A stretch of DNA of 64,000 nt from Clostridium sp. (lineage in GTDB: Bacteria; Bacillota; Clostridia; Clostridiales; Clostridiaceae). The first letter of the stretch is position 1; every line of letters starts with the position of its first letter. Shown piece by piece: positions 38,513-48,823 of this stretch. Location: the NCBI GenBank assembly GCA_022767515.1, contig JALENK010000009.1:15423-79422 (forward strand), read 5' to 3'. The translations under genes were made by a program, and so were the position numbers. The notes beneath the pieces are model-generated. The model ran no database searches. It was given only the letters and a program-made list of their open reading frames with translations, and was not told where the DNA came from.

Positions 38513-39079
38513 TTATTTCATAGGATATACATTAACCTTATTGGCAGGCAGTGCATATAAACTAGAAACTGCTGCTTCTATTTCATGCTTTATTTTACTA
38601 TCCGCTGCTCCCTCAGCAACTACTACAATTCCAATAACTTTAGGCTTATAGGTCTGAAGAATATATGGTTTATCAGTTGCCATTACCACACTTGTACTAT
38701 CATTTGTCTGATTATTAATCCTTTTCCCACCATTTACATCTGTCTCTTCTGTCTTAGATACCTGAGTATTCTTTTCATATGCCGGTACCTTTACTTCATC
38801 ACTTTCAAAGTTTATTTTCACTTCCACTTCACCAACACCTTTAATACTCTTTAAAATATCAATTAACTCTTTTTTCTCCTTTTCTTCATACTCCTTATTA
38901 TTATTAACTTCAACGCTCTGTTTTATTTCCTCATCATAAGTATTTTCTTTCTCTTTAGGAAAAAGTATGTTAAATGCTAAAAGAATAAATAATATTACAA
39001 GAAGCACAATTATTAGGTTATTAATTTTCTTATTTTTTAGTAACTTTTTAAGTTCAACCTTTAACTTATCGAAATTCAA
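38513..39079 (-). CDS. spoIIIAG: Stage III sporulation protein AG
   Basis: ILKSIKGVGEVEV, ETDVNGGKR, PKVIGIVVVAEGA. Confidence 0.92.
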   Translation of the reverse strand: MNFDKLKVELKKLLKNKKINNLIIVLLVILFILLAFNILFPKEKENTYDEEIKQSVEVNNNKEYEEKEKKELIDILKSIKGVGEVEVKINFESDEVKVPAYEKNTQVSKTEETDVNGGKRINNQTNDSTSVVMATDKPYILQTYKPKVIGIVVVAEGAADSKIKHEIEAAVSSLYALPANKVNVYPMK

Positions 39080-39088
39080 TTGCCCCTC

Positions 39089-39616
39089 CTATATATACTC
39101 AATATTTATTATGTCTTTTTTTATATCAAAAGCATCCTCTAAATAATTTTTAACCTCTTCTAAAAACTTATCCTCACTATCATTTTTGCATATCTCTACC
39201 TGCTTAATCTTGCCTATCCCTTTTTCCTTAATTCCTATATCTAACTTTTTTACATATAAATCCATTGTAGTATATTTTATATCACATTCTGAATTACAAA
39301 TAAATTCAAATTTTTGATACTTATTTTCTAATATCTTTTCACAATTTGTATCAAAGCTATTAGATACAACATCCTTTTTTAAATATTTTGAATTTGCTTG
39401 AACCTCCTTGGTATAATCATCTACAATTGAAGACAAAACCTTTTCTCCTCCTGTTACAAACTTAATTATTGGAGAAATCAATAATGCAACAAGCATTAAC
39501 CCTAGCACATATTTTACATACTTCTTCATAGTATTTTCTGGAGCTATTATTTCTATTGCTGTCATAAATACAATCATTGTAATTAAGGTTATTATAAATC
39601 CCTTTATATATTCCAT
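39089..39616 (-). CDS. spoIIIAF: Stage III sporulation protein AF
   Basis: IEIIAPENTMKKYVKYVLGLM...ISPI, operon position. Confidence 0.88.
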   Translation of the reverse strand: MEYIKGFIITLITMIVFMTAIEIIAPENTMKKYVKYVLGLMLVALLISPIIKFVTGGEKVLSSIVDDYTKEVQANSKYLKKDVVSNSFDTNCEKILENKYQKFEFICNSECDIKYTTMDLYVKKLDIGIKEKGIGKIKQVEICKNDSEDKFLEEVKNYLEDAFDIKKDIINIEYI

Positions 39617-39638
39617 TATGCTGCTAATCACCCCTCCA

Positions 39639-40811
39639 CTATACCTGTTTTCCTGCAAGTGCCATCATACCCATTAAAATAAAAAACAATAAACTAATGC
39701 AAAATACACAAGATAAAATAAGTACCATTGACTTAGCTACACTCTCTATAGTTGACACTATTCTTTTATCACTTATCGGTTCAACAAGCGCTGCTGTCAA
39801 CTTATAAATAAAAGTCATTAATGTAATTTTTATTATTGGATAAGCTATCATAAGTATTACTACTACAAGCCCTAAGGTAGTTAATGCGTTTTTTATTATC
39901 AGTGCATAGCTTGCAACTGACGTTATTGCATCTGAAAAAGATTTTCCGACAACTGGTATAAAATTATCAACTGCAAACTTTGTAGTTTTAAGAGTTACTG
40001 CATCTATAGTTTTCCCTGTTATTCCTTTAACTGTTAGAACAGCAACAAATCCAGTCATTATAATTCCTTGCACCCATACAATTATTTGTTTAATAATCTT
40101 ACATAAATTATTAATTTTATTACCAGAAGATAAATTATTAGCAAATTCAAGTGCAAAACTGATTAATATGAATGGAATAATAAAGTTAACATATATCTTA
40201 GGTATTATAATAATGAGCATCATAATGATTGGATCTAATGTAGCAGCCTGAACTATGCCTCCTGACAGACTGGTCATTGAAAGCAAAAATGGTAAAAGTG
40301 AATTCATAAAATCTGATACTCCATATATGACATCTTTAGCAACTTCTATTGATATTAAAAAACTCTTTGAAAGTATCATTATAAGGGTAATATAACACGC
40401 ATAAAAAGCTACCTTAGATACCCCCTTACTTGTAAATGATTCTTGAAGATTACTGATTAAAGCACTAAAAATAGCAATAGCAAGAATTGAAAATGTGAGT
40501 GTGAGGACACTTTTTACCTCTTTAAAAAGCAAACTAATTACAGCATCAAGCACTGTCTTTAAAGACAAATTACCTTCTCCACTTTTTATATAATTATAAA
40601 CATATTCTTTTGCATCTAGGTTATTTAAAAGTTCAACATCCGTTTTCTTATCATTAATGTATTTATAAAAATCCTCTAACTTTTCTTTCTGCTCATCTAA
40701 TATCCTCTGAGCTTCACTATCTTCATCCTCTTTTGCAAGTACATAATATGGACTAAAAAAATAAAATATAGCCCCACTAACAACTAAAATAATTGCTATT
40801 ATTTTTTTCAT
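39639..40811 (-). CDS. spoIIIAE: Stage III sporulation protein AE
   Basis: Polytopic. KTTKFAVDNFIPVVGKSFSDA, AALVEPISDKRI. Confidence 0.93.
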   Translation of the reverse strand: MKKIIAIILVVSGAIFYFFSPYYVLAKEDEDSEAQRILDEQKEKLEDFYKYINDKKTDVELLNNLDAKEYVYNYIKSGEGNLSLKTVLDAVISLLFKEVKSVLTLTFSILAIAIFSALISNLQESFTSKGVSKVAFYACYITLIMILSKSFLISIEVAKDVIYGVSDFMNSLLPFLLSMTSLSGGIVQAATLDPIIMMLIIIIPKIYVNFIIPFILISFALEFANNLSSGNKINNLCKIIKQIIVWVQGIIMTGFVAVLTVKGITGKTIDAVTLKTTKFAVDNFIPVVGKSFSDAITSVASYALIIKNALTTLGLVVVILMIAYPIIKITLMTFIYKLTAALVEPISDKRIVSTIESVAKSMVLILSCVFCISLLFFILMGMMALAGKQV

Positions 40812-40818
40812 ATTTCAC

Positions 40819-41199
40819 CTACAAAATTTTTATTATGGAATCTAAAACAGCTCGTAAAATTGGAATTGCTAAAATAAGTATTATGATTTTGCCACTTAGC
40901 TCCACCTTTGATGCTAAAGATGTAGCACCTGCATCCTTACATATTTCACTTGAAAAGGTTGATATATATGCTATTGCAAGGATTTTTAAAACTATGCTAA
41001 TATATAAGGAGTCTATATTAGCCTTTTTTGCTATCTCATTTATGAAATCTATTAAGTCCTTCAAAGCAAATATGCAATAAGTAAATATACTAATTCCTGT
41101 AATTAATAAAATTAAAACACCCAAATCAGATCTTTTATCCTTAAATAATAAAAATAAAAATAATGAAATAAATACGAAACCTATAACTTTAAATATCAT
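40819..41199 (-). CDS. spoIIIAD: Stage III sporulation protein AD
   Basis: LKILAIAYI..FSSEICKDAG...LASKVELSGKI. Confidence 0.94.
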   Translation of the reverse strand: MIFKVIGFVFISLFLFLLFKDKRSDLGVLILLITGISIFTYCIFALKDLIDFINEIAKKANIDSLYISIVLKILAIAYISTFSSEICKDAGATSLASKVELSGKIIILILAIPILRAVLDSIIKIL

Positions 41200-41206
41200 A
41201 CTTCAC

Positions 41207-41404
41207 CTAAAACATAAACATTGTTTTAATGGAGGTAAATAGCTCACTTATAAGTTTTATTATCATAAATAGAATTATTACAATTCCTGCAATATTGGTT
41301 ATGGCTGCTATTTCACTTTTACCACTGCTTGTTAATACCTTATCTAATATTACAAGTATGATTCCAGCTCCTCCAATTTTAAAAAGAATTAAAATATCTA
41401 GCAT
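41207..41404 (-). CDS. spoIIIAC: Stage III sporulation protein AC
   Basis: MLDILILFKIGGAGI...VLTSSGKSEIA. ATG at 41404 follows GGAGG. Confidence 0.92.
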   Translation of the reverse strand: MLDILILFKIGGAGIILVILDKVLTSSGKSEIAAITNIAGIVIILFMIIKLISELFTSIKTMFMF

Positions 41405-41415
41405 TAATTCCTCCA

Positions 41416-41934
41416 CTAAATTATTAAAATGGCTAGCATAAGCCCAAAACACACTCCTAAATACCTATACATTTTACAATTATTTTTAGATAATTCTTCT
41501 GCTTCTTTAATATTTACTTTTATATTTTCTAAAGCTAAATTTATTATTTTTTCCTGTCCATAAGTTTCTGTAGTTCCAATCTGGCAAGCTAAGTCTTTTA
41601 TTATCTTCTTATCTTCATCTTTTAAATATATATCACCTTCATATATAATAGATGATTTTAAAAAAGCCTCAAAGATATTATCAGCTTTCTCTGCATTTAA
41701 AATACAAATAACCTCCTCAAGAACTTTATCATAAGGATATCTAAGTACATGTTTAATATTAGTAAAGGACTGAATTATGGGTGTATTATTATAAATTATT
41801 TGATTATTAAGCATTAATAAGGCTTTATAACATTCTTTTAAATCTAAACACCTTTTTTTAAAGCTTTCTCCATAATAAAAACCTATATATGAAGCTATAA
41901 TAAAAATAATCAGTGCAATAATCACCCTATACAA
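41416..41934 (-). CDS. spoIIIAB: Stage III sporulation protein AB
   Basis: N- and C-terminal TMs, IIYNNTPI, KMYRYLGVCFG. Confidence 0.9.
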   Translation of the reverse strand: MYRVIIALIIFIIASYIGFYYGESFKKRCLDLKECYKALLMLNNQIIYNNTPIIQSFTNIKHVLRYPYDKVLEEVICILNAEKADNIFEAFLKSSIIYEGDIYLKDEDKKIIKDLACQIGTTETYGQEKIINLALENIKVNIKEAEELSKNNCKMYRYLGVCFGLMLAILII

Positions 41935-42812
41935 ATGCTCTCTCCCCTTTCTAAATCATATACTCTTTCAATAGTACCTATCCCACATCTCTTACTTAAT
42001 ACTATTATTTTTTTTATTATTTTATTCTCTATTAATTTACTAAATGAATTTCTGCTAATAACATCATTAATATCATATCCATGAACTGTAGTTATGATTG
42101 TAATTCCTGAATTATATGCAAAAAATAATGCTCTAATATCTTCCTCACTTCCAATTTCATCACAAATAATAATCTCCGGAGAAAGACTTCTTATAGCCAT
42201 TATCATACCTATGCTCTTTTTGCAGTTATCTAAAACATCTGTCCTAAGTCCAACCTGTAGCCTAGGTATACCCATATCACAAGCTGCTATCTCACTTCTC
42301 TCATCAATAATAGAAACACGCTTTCCAAAACAAGATAATTTATTTGCAATATCTCTAAGTAAAGTAGTTTTACCACAACCAGGGGGAGATACTATAATGG
42401 TATTATTTACCCTATCTTTAGTATTTATATATCTCATTATTCTATCTGAACAGCCTATAATCTCATGACATATTCTAATATTTAATGAAACAATATTTTT
42501 AATAGTTTTAACTCTATCATTTTCCATAACGCATTGCCCTGCAATTCCTACTCTGTGCCCACCCTTTATAGTTATAAATCCCTGTCTAATCTCTTCTTCA
42601 TATGCATAAATAGAATAATTAGATATTTTTTGAATAATATATTTCATATCTAATTTACTTACTATGTTCTTTAATATAATTTCTTCTTGATTCTCTATTA
42701 GTATGCACGGTTTTCCAATTCCTATTCTTATTTCTTGAATATTTTTTTTAATGTATTTATTTACTTCCATCCTTACTCTTTCCGGAAATAAATTAATTAA
42801 GCTCTCATCCAT
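41922..42812 (-). CDS. spoIIIAA: Stage III sporulation ATPase AA
   Basis: QEIRI, GFITIKGGHRVG, SPPGCGKTTLLRD, IDERSEIA, CDEIG. Confidence 0.95.
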   Translation of the reverse strand: MDESLINLFPERVRMEVNKYIKKNIQEIRIGIGKPCILIENQEEIILKNIVSKLDMKYIIQKISNYSIYAYEEEIRQGFITIKGGHRVGIAGQCVMENDRVKTIKNIVSLNIRICHEIIGCSDRIMRYINTKDRVNNTIIVSPPGCGKTTLLRDIANKLSCFGKRVSIIDERSEIAACDMGIPRLQVGLRTDVLDNCKKSIGMIMAIRSLSPEIIICDEIGSEEDIRALFFAYNSGITIITTVHGYDINDVISRNSFSKLIENKIIKKIIVLSKRCGIGTIERVYDLERGESICIG

Positions 42813-42841
42813 ATCATCACCACTTTGATTGCTAGATATTT

Positions 42842-42872
42842 ATTATTATGTAATTTATAATAAATTATTACA
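42842..42872 (-). promoter_or_regulatory. Possible sigmaE promoter of spoIIIA
   Basis: CATAATAAT -10-like element with an ATAA-containing -35 region. spoIIIA is sigmaE-dependent in Firmicutes, but the AT-rich context weakens the call. Confidence 0.35.
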
Positions 42873-42910
42873 AAAAAAATGTGAGTTTTATATAAATATA
42901 AAACTCACAT
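42872..42910 (-). terminator. Terminator after efp/CD1247-like gene
   Basis: ATGTGAGTTTT...AAAACTCACAT stem with a T-run on the minus strand. Confidence 0.7.
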
Positions 42911-42920
42911 AACATAACTA

Positions 42921-43283
42921 CTACCTAATGCTATTTTTACAGTAAGGACATTCAATCTTCTTATCATCTTTAATAACAGCCTTCTCCATAAATATAGGTT
43001 TGCCACAATTTTTACATTTGACTTCCTCATATTCATCTTCTATCTCTTCTAAGTCTTCTATAGATAACTCTTCAAATAACTCTTCCTGAATATCTGAAAT
43101 ATCTTCATCCAAACAACTTAGATTTTCGACTAACACTGCTTGATTTTCCATCATTTCTTCAACACTTGAATATAAATCATCTAATATATCTGTAATCTGG
43201 TTAAAAAGACCACCATATTCTTTATTTTCAATTTTGGAAATACTGTTTCTTAATAAGTCAATTTTATCTTTTATCTCTTTCAT
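42921..43283 (-). CDS. CD1247 N-terminal-domain-like acidic protein with Zn ribbon
   Basis: Acidic coiled coil, C-terminal CKNC...CPYC. Lies between efp and spoIIIAA. Confidence 0.75.
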   Translation of the reverse strand: MKEIKDKIDLLRNSISKIENKEYGGLFNQITDILDDLYSSVEEMMENQAVLVENLSCLDEDISDIQEELFEELSIEDLEEIEDEYEEVKCKNCGKPIFMEKAVIKDDKKIECPYCKNSIR

Positions 43284-43314
43284 AGCTTATCATTCCTTAC
43301 GTAATTAATAAGAA

Positions 43315-43872
43315 CTAGATTCTTTCCATGTATTCACCAGTTCTAGTATCTACTCTTATAGTATCTCCTTCATTAACAAATACTGGAACGTTGATTACTG
43401 CTCCTGTTTCAACTGTTGCAGGCTTTAATACGTTAGTTGCTGTATTACCCTTAACACCTGGTTCTGAATGAGTAACTAATAATTCAACAAAGTTTGGTGC
43501 TTCAACTGAGAAAGCTTCACCCTTATAGAATTTGATTGTTGCATACATATTTTCCTTTAAGTACTTTATTGCTTCTTCAACCTTTTCATAGTTTAAAGGA
43601 ATTTGTTCAAATGTTTCTTGATCCATGAAGTAGTATAATTCACCATCAGAATATAAATATTGCATTTCTTTTCTTTCTATAACTGCTTCTTGGAATTTAG
43701 CTGTTGGATTGAAAGTAGTTTCAGTAACACTTCCTGTAATTGCATTCTTTAACTTAGCTCTTACAAAAGCAGCACCTTTACCTGGCTTAACATGTAAAAA
43801 GTCAACTACTGTATAAACTTGTCCTCCATCTTCAAAAGTTGTTCCTTTTCTTAAATCTCCTGCTGTTATCAT
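43315..43872 (-). CDS. efp: Elongation factor P
   Basis: [32 protein letters not shown]. Confidence 0.98.
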   Translation of the reverse strand: MITAGDLRKGTTFEDGGQVYTVVDFLHVKPGKGAAFVRAKLKNAITGSVTETTFNPTAKFQEAVIERKEMQYLYSDGELYYFMDQETFEQIPLNYEKVEEAIKYLKENMYATIKFYKGEAFSVEAPNFVELLVTHSEPGVKGNTATNVLKPATVETGAVINVPVFVNEGDTIRVDTRTGEYMERI

Positions 43873-44005
43873 ATTGATATCCCTCCAAATATATACTTTT
43901 TACAAAAACACTATAATTTTATAGTATGTTAATTTACATATTATATGACAATATAAGTTTATCAAAATTATTCAATAAATTCAACCTAAAATTATTAATA
44001 TCCGT

Positions 44006-44039
44006 TATTTTAATCATACTAATATTTTAATCATACTAA
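44006..44039. repeat. Perfect 17-bp tandem duplication
   Basis: tattttaatcatactaa twice. Confidence 0.85.
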
Positions 44040-44215
44040 AAATAGCTCATTAATAGTATTACCAATTTATAAAAAAATAAACTAGAATTTAATTTTTCAT
44101 GCATCAAATTATTTCTAATAAGAATAGAACTAGCTAAATATACTAAAACTAGTATCATTAATATTACTAACACATAAAGAATTATATTCCCCTTACCTTT
44201 TCTACCATAAAACAT
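44036..44215 (-). pseudogene. Short/truncated ComGG-like prepilin (59 aa)
   Basis: Not in the ORF track. MFYGRKGKG|NIILYVLVILMILVLVYLASSILIR... has a basic leader, Gly and a hydrophobic helix without Glu+5. It overlaps the previous pilin stop and ends at the tandem duplication. Confidence 0.45.
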
Positions 44216-44667
44216 CTTGTAAACTCCATTTTACCTTTTTTGATTGTTATATATACCAAATTATCTTTCTTATAAAAACTTATATCATCAACATCTGCTA
44301 TCAAATCATTAGTGCCCACTTTTATAATCGGATTATCCATAGTTTTCTGGTAATAACTTATTTTCACCCTGCCTTCTTCCTTTAAAATTACACTTATTTC
44401 TTTTCTAATTTCTGTTTGCTGATATTGTATATTAATCTTATCGTTATCCACCGTAATACTATCTTTATCTCTACTTAATATCTTTTCCATTTCTATAAAA
44501 AACTCTTCTACTTTATTTATATTTACGCTTCTACTTTGTACATCTAAATAACAACTTATAGTTTTAAAGGCTATAGGTGTTGCAATAGAAAATATTACTG
44601 AATATAAGAAAATATAAACCAAAATCTCAATTAATAAAAAAGCTCTACTTTTAAATTTCCTTTTCAC
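44182..44667 (-). CDS. Minor pilin-like protein (ComGF-like)
   Basis: KSRA|FLLIEILVY prepilin-like N-terminus. Confidence 0.7.
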   Translation of the reverse strand: MKRKFKSRAFLLIEILVYIFLYSVIFSIATPIAFKTISCYLDVQSRSVNINKVEEFFIEMEKILSRDKDSITVDNDKINIQYQQTEIRKEISVILKEEGRVKISYYQKTMDNPIIKVGTNDLIADVDDISFYKKDNLVYITIKKGKMEFTRCFMVEKVRGI

Positions 44668-45025
44668 ATACTCTATTATTATATTTTAATATTATTAAAA
44701 TATTTTCTCCTCCCTCAATCTTTATATAATTACCTCCATTCACATCTGAATTTAAATCAATTAAATCCGTACTTTTTAATTCTTCAAATATGTCCTTATC
44801 TAGTGCTATACAAATTTTTTTATCTTTAAATTCTATGCTATTTTTAGCTTGTATTTCATAGCTTACCGCTCTTAATACTTCAACTATAAATAATTCATCT
44901 TCTCGCATTTTTATAGATTTATTAAGTTCCAAAACCGTTTTAGCTGATACTGTTATTATTATAGATAAAATAAACATAGAAATAATTATTTCCATCATTA
45001 TATTTCCTTTAAACCTTAGCTTCAC
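44651..45025 (-). CDS. Minor pilin-like protein (ComGE-like)
   Basis: RFKG|NIMMEIIIS prepilin motif with Glu+5. Confidence 0.7.
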   Translation of the reverse strand: MKLRFKGNIMMEIIISMFILSIIITVSAKTVLELNKSIKMREDELFIVEVLRAVSYEIQAKNSIEFKDKKICIALDKDIFEELKSTDLIDLNSDVNGGNYIKIEGGENILIILKYNNRVCEKEI

Positions 45026-45437
45026 TAATCAGATTGCCTCCTGGTCTTATTGTTATTTTATAACCTTCTTTATTAGATGTTTCTATATAAATGGTTTCTG
45101 GCTCAACATATCCGTCTTCATTAATATACAGTTTATTTTTATTATTTATATACACCTTAATATTTTGTAATTTATACCTTTTTATAATTTTATTTTTTTC
45201 TGATTTTAATAAAAATTCATCATTATTAATAGCAAAATATAACCTTATTTTATTTGCATAGCTATATTTCTTGCCAAAACAAAGCATATCATCAATGTTA
45301 TATAATACATTTTTACACTCAATATTCTCTGAAACATTTTTCAGATACTTAACTAAATTAGTTCCCAAAGTAAAAACAATACTTATAATCATAATGTATA
45401 TAATTACTTCAACTAAAACAACTCCTTTATTTCTCAT
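45009..45437 (-). CDS. Pilin-like protein (ComGC/GD-like)
   Basis: MRNKG|VVLVEVII prepilin motif. Confidence 0.75.
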   Translation of the reverse strand: MRNKGVVLVEVIIYIMIISIVFTLGTNLVKYLKNVSENIECKNVLYNIDDMLCFGKKYSYANKIRLYFAINNDEFLLKSEKNKIIKRYKLQNIKVYINNKNKLYINEDGYVEPETIYIETSNKEGYKITIRPGGNLISEAKV

Positions 45438-46456
45438 GACACATTATTAACTGATGTAAGCATTGGTACTATAAAAACAATCAAAAATATTGCTACAAAT
45501 ATTGCAATAGAAATTATTGACGCAGGTTCAATTTTTCTAAGCATTTTTTCTACATATTCATTAAATTCTATTTCTATTCTTTCTTGCAACCTAGATATAG
45601 ACTTATCTATATAGCCCCCATGTTCAGATACCTTAATCATCTCACGTGTTTTCGAGGATATAAATTTGCATCCTTCCATCGAAGAATAGACACTTTCTCC
45701 CTTTATGATATTATGATAAATAAGTTCCATATCATTTTTTATATTACCTTCTTCAATATTACTAATACATATATCCATAACCTCTATGAGTGAAAGAGTG
45801 CTATTAAAAATTATTTCTAATATAGTCATTAATATATTTTCACAATAAAGATTTACTATTCTAATTTTGCATAACAAATTACTAATTATTCCTTTTGATT
45901 TAAGAAAATTAACTATAAATGCTACTAGGGCTATAAAAATAAATATTCCAATTATATATTTTGTACTATTTTGAACAATAGTATTTCTAAACTCATATAT
46001 TTTATATATATAAGCATTTTTATCAATGCACTCGCCTAAATTATCAATAAATATTGGTATAATAAAAAAGAAAGAAATAATAATAAATAAAATTAGCATT
46101 GAAATCATTAATGTAGGATATACTGAAGCTGATATAAGCTTCTTTTTGATAAGACCTTTCTTCTTCGTATACTTAATTAACGAAAACAATACTTGTGAAA
46201 GTCTTCCACTTTTTTCTCCAACTGCTATAAGACCTACATATATTTTAGGATATATCTTAGGAAACCTCTTCATTCCATCAGAAAGACAAAGTCCTTTTAA
46301 AATATCATTTTCAATTGAAATTAAACTTTTCTTGTAAGCTTTATTTAGTGGTAAATCTTCAATGACCTTAATAGCTTTTGCTATATCAACGCCTTCATAA
46401 TATAAATTATATAGATTCTCAGTAATTAATAATAAATTCTCGTAATTTACCTTCAT
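45434..46456 (-). CDS. Type II secretion F / PilC / ComGB platform protein
   Basis: IAVGEKSGRL, ASVYP, IKVSEHGG, IEPA, IVPM. Three TMs. Confidence 0.88.
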   Translation of the reverse strand: MKVNYENLLLITENLYNLYYEGVDIAKAIKVIEDLPLNKAYKKSLISIENDILKGLCLSDGMKRFPKIYPKIYVGLIAVGEKSGRLSQVLFSLIKYTKKKGLIKKKLISASVYPTLMISMLILFIIISFFFIIPIFIDNLGECIDKNAYIYKIYEFRNTIVQNSTKYIIGIFIFIALVAFIVNFLKSKGIISNLLCKIRIVNLYCENILMTILEIIFNSTLSLIEVMDICISNIEEGNIKNDMELIYHNIIKGESVYSSMEGCKFISSKTREMIKVSEHGGYIDKSISRLQERIEIEFNEYVEKMLRKIEPASIISIAIFVAIFLIVFIVPMLTSVNNVS

Positions 46457-47588
46457 TTAGTTCCTCCTCTTCTATAAAATTTATATAATCAAAATAATCA
46501 ATCTTACCTTGTAAGACTAATTCATTTAAACTACTTAGCATCTCAAAATTATTTAATAAGCTTTTATCCTCTACTAAACCAGTTAATCTCTCCTTAATCT
46601 CACTATCAATATATATTACAGTTGATATCATCTTTCTAGAAATATAGCCATTACCTTTACATAAACTACATCCTGATTTTTTATATAATGTAACCTTTGT
46701 ACCTTTATAATTTACTTTGCAGTATTTTTGTTTACACTTATCACATAAAATATTTACAAGTCTTTGTGAAATAATTCCTTTAACTGCTTCTTTTAAAAGG
46801 TAGCTTTCAACTCCCATATCTATTAATCTAAAATAAACCTCTCTTGGAGATTTTGCATGAATGGTAGAATATACCTTATGCCCAGTTATAGCTGCTCTTA
46901 TGGCTATTTTAGCTGTCTCTTCATCTCGTATCTCGCCAATCATTAGTACATCTGGGTCTTGCCTTAAACACCCCTTTAACCCCTCACAAAATGTAATTCC
47001 CTTTTTCTCATTTAGTTCTATCTGATTAATCCCCTTAATCTGTACCTCTACAGGATCCTCAAGTGTAATAATATTAATTTTATTACCCTTTATTTTATTT
47101 AATATGCTATAAATCGTTGTAGATTTTCCAGAGCCTGTAGGTCCATTTATAATTAATATTCCACTATTTAAGTTAATTATTTTTTGTATTTTAATTAGTT
47201 GACTACTTGAAAAATTAAGTCCATCTAAAGAAGAATTAAATTTCTCATCATACATTACCCTTATAACTAGCTTTTCTCCAAATATAACTGGCATTGTAGA
47301 TAATCTACAATTATATACCTTTTTATTAATAATAAATTTAACTTTTCCATCTTGAGCCCTCTTTTTCTCAGTTATATCCATTTGTGCCTGTATCTTTAAT
47401 CTAGATAATACAAGATTATATTCCTCCACCTTAAGCTTCATATAAATAATCATACTTCCACTAATTCTAAATCTTACTATGACTTCATCCTCAAATGGCT
47501 CAAAATGAATATCACTAGCATTATCTAAAATAGCTTCTCTTAATATCCTATCCTCAATTGAATTTTCATCATAAAATAATAATTTCAT
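46419..47588 (-). CDS. GspE/PilB/ComGA assembly ATPase
   Basis: ASDIHFEP, AQDG, GPTGSGKSTT, LEDPVE, LRQDPDVLMIGEIRD, TGHKVYSTIH, CDKC/CSLC zinc motif. Confidence 0.93.
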   Translation of the reverse strand: MKLLFYDENSIEDRILREAILDNASDIHFEPFEDEVIVRFRISGSMIIYMKLKVEEYNLVLSRLKIQAQMDITEKKRAQDGKVKFIINKKVYNCRLSTMPVIFGEKLVIRVMYDEKFNSSLDGLNFSSSQLIKIQKIINLNSGILIINGPTGSGKSTTIYSILNKIKGNKINIITLEDPVEVQIKGINQIELNEKKGITFCEGLKGCLRQDPDVLMIGEIRDEETAKIAIRAAITGHKVYSTIHAKSPREVYFRLIDMGVESYLLKEAVKGIISQRLVNILCDKCKQKYCKVNYKGTKVTLYKKSGCSLCKGNGYISRKMISTVIYIDSEIKERLTGLVEDKSLLNNFEMLSSLNELVLQGKIDYFDYINFIEEEELNEGKLREFIINY

Positions 47589-47644
47589 TAGCATCACCCT
47601 CTAATAACTATTATTTCCAAGTACAGCATTTTTTATTCAATAAT

Positions 47645-47671
47645 AAAAAAATCGTGCAATTTTTTGCACGA
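47645..47671 (-). terminator. Terminator after lipoprotein gene
   Basis: TCGTGCAA-N4-TTGCACGA plus T-run on the minus strand. Confidence 0.65.
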
Positions 47672-47673
47672 CA

Positions 47674-48684
47674 TTATTTTACAAATGTAACCTCATAATT
47701 AAATTCCTTTACTATACTTATTTCCCCATCCTTAGTAGATTTATATACTTTTTCTACATATTCATCTTCATCTTTACCAATAAATAAAATTTCATTTTCT
47801 TCTGACAGCATAATTTCTTTCTTTACAATTACCTTCTTAGGAAATCCATATACTAATCTATTAATTTGTCCATTTGATATTCTATATAAAGAATCATCTG
47901 CTGTAACTAGCTGTCCTAAAAAATAATAATCTTTATCTATTTTTACTATATCATATATATTAAAAATACTATCAGATAAAATAATTTTCTCTTTTGTATT
48001 TATATTAAAACTTATTAGACTTTTTCCCATATCTGTTGATATGCAATAAATAATCTCATCATCAATTCTCTGCAAAAATTCGACTATACCTTCCTTAATT
48101 GGAATTAAACATTGTTCAGAACCACTCTGTAAATCATATAAAAAAATTCCATTCTTTTCTTCTTCTTGATTTACTCCATAAAATATAAACGAATTTCCAT
48201 CATACCATTTAACATACTCACCAGAAATAACAGCCTTATTAATAATATTTATACTATCTTTATCTTTAAGTGAATATACCTGTACTCTTTTCCCCTCACT
48301 AGTATTTCTAAAAAACAAAACATTTTCTCCACCAGGTGAAACCTTAAAATTGTAATCACCGACTTGCAATACATTATCTAATACAAATCTTTGATTGTGA
48401 AAACATGCTACATATTTCCCATCACTTTCTCCTATATAGCTTCCAGAATTATAATCATAAGAAGCAACTGTATCAACACTTTCACTCTCTTTATATTCCC
48501 CTGCCAAAAAATTTATATTTTTATACTTCCCATTAATATTTGCTTTAACTGCGCCCTTTTTTAATATCTGAATATCTGTAAATTGAACTTCGCCTACAGG
48601 TTCTTTTGATACACTTTCTTCACTACTACATGAAACTAAAGAAAAAGGAAGCAGCATAAGTAGTACAATAAACAACCTATACAT
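47674..48684 (-). CDS. Hypothetical lipoprotein (beta-rich, possibly a beta-propeller)
   Basis: Lipobox LVSC, with VSPGG and beta-strand-like repeats. Confidence 0.7.
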   Translation of the reverse strand: MYRLFIVLLMLLPFSLVSCSSEESVSKEPVGEVQFTDIQILKKGAVKANINGKYKNINFLAGEYKESESVDTVASYDYNSGSYIGESDGKYVACFHNQRFVLDNVLQVGDYNFKVSPGGENVLFFRNTSEGKRVQVYSLKDKDSINIINKAVISGEYVKWYDGNSFIFYGVNQEEEKNGIFLYDLQSGSEQCLIPIKEGIVEFLQRIDDEIIYCISTDMGKSLISFNINTKEKIILSDSIFNIYDIVKIDKDYYFLGQLVTADDSLYRISNGQINRLVYGFPKKVIVKKEIMLSEENEILFIGKDEDEYVEKVYKSTKDGEISIVKEFNYEVTFVK

Positions 48685-48823
48685 TCAAATTCTCCCTACT
48701 AAAAAATAGTCTAACAAAGTTTATAATACTCTCACTTTAAAAATATTACAATAGTATTATCTTAACTTAATATATTTTTAATGTTATACTTTAAGTATAC
48801 TAAGCCGAAGGGAGAATGAATAT

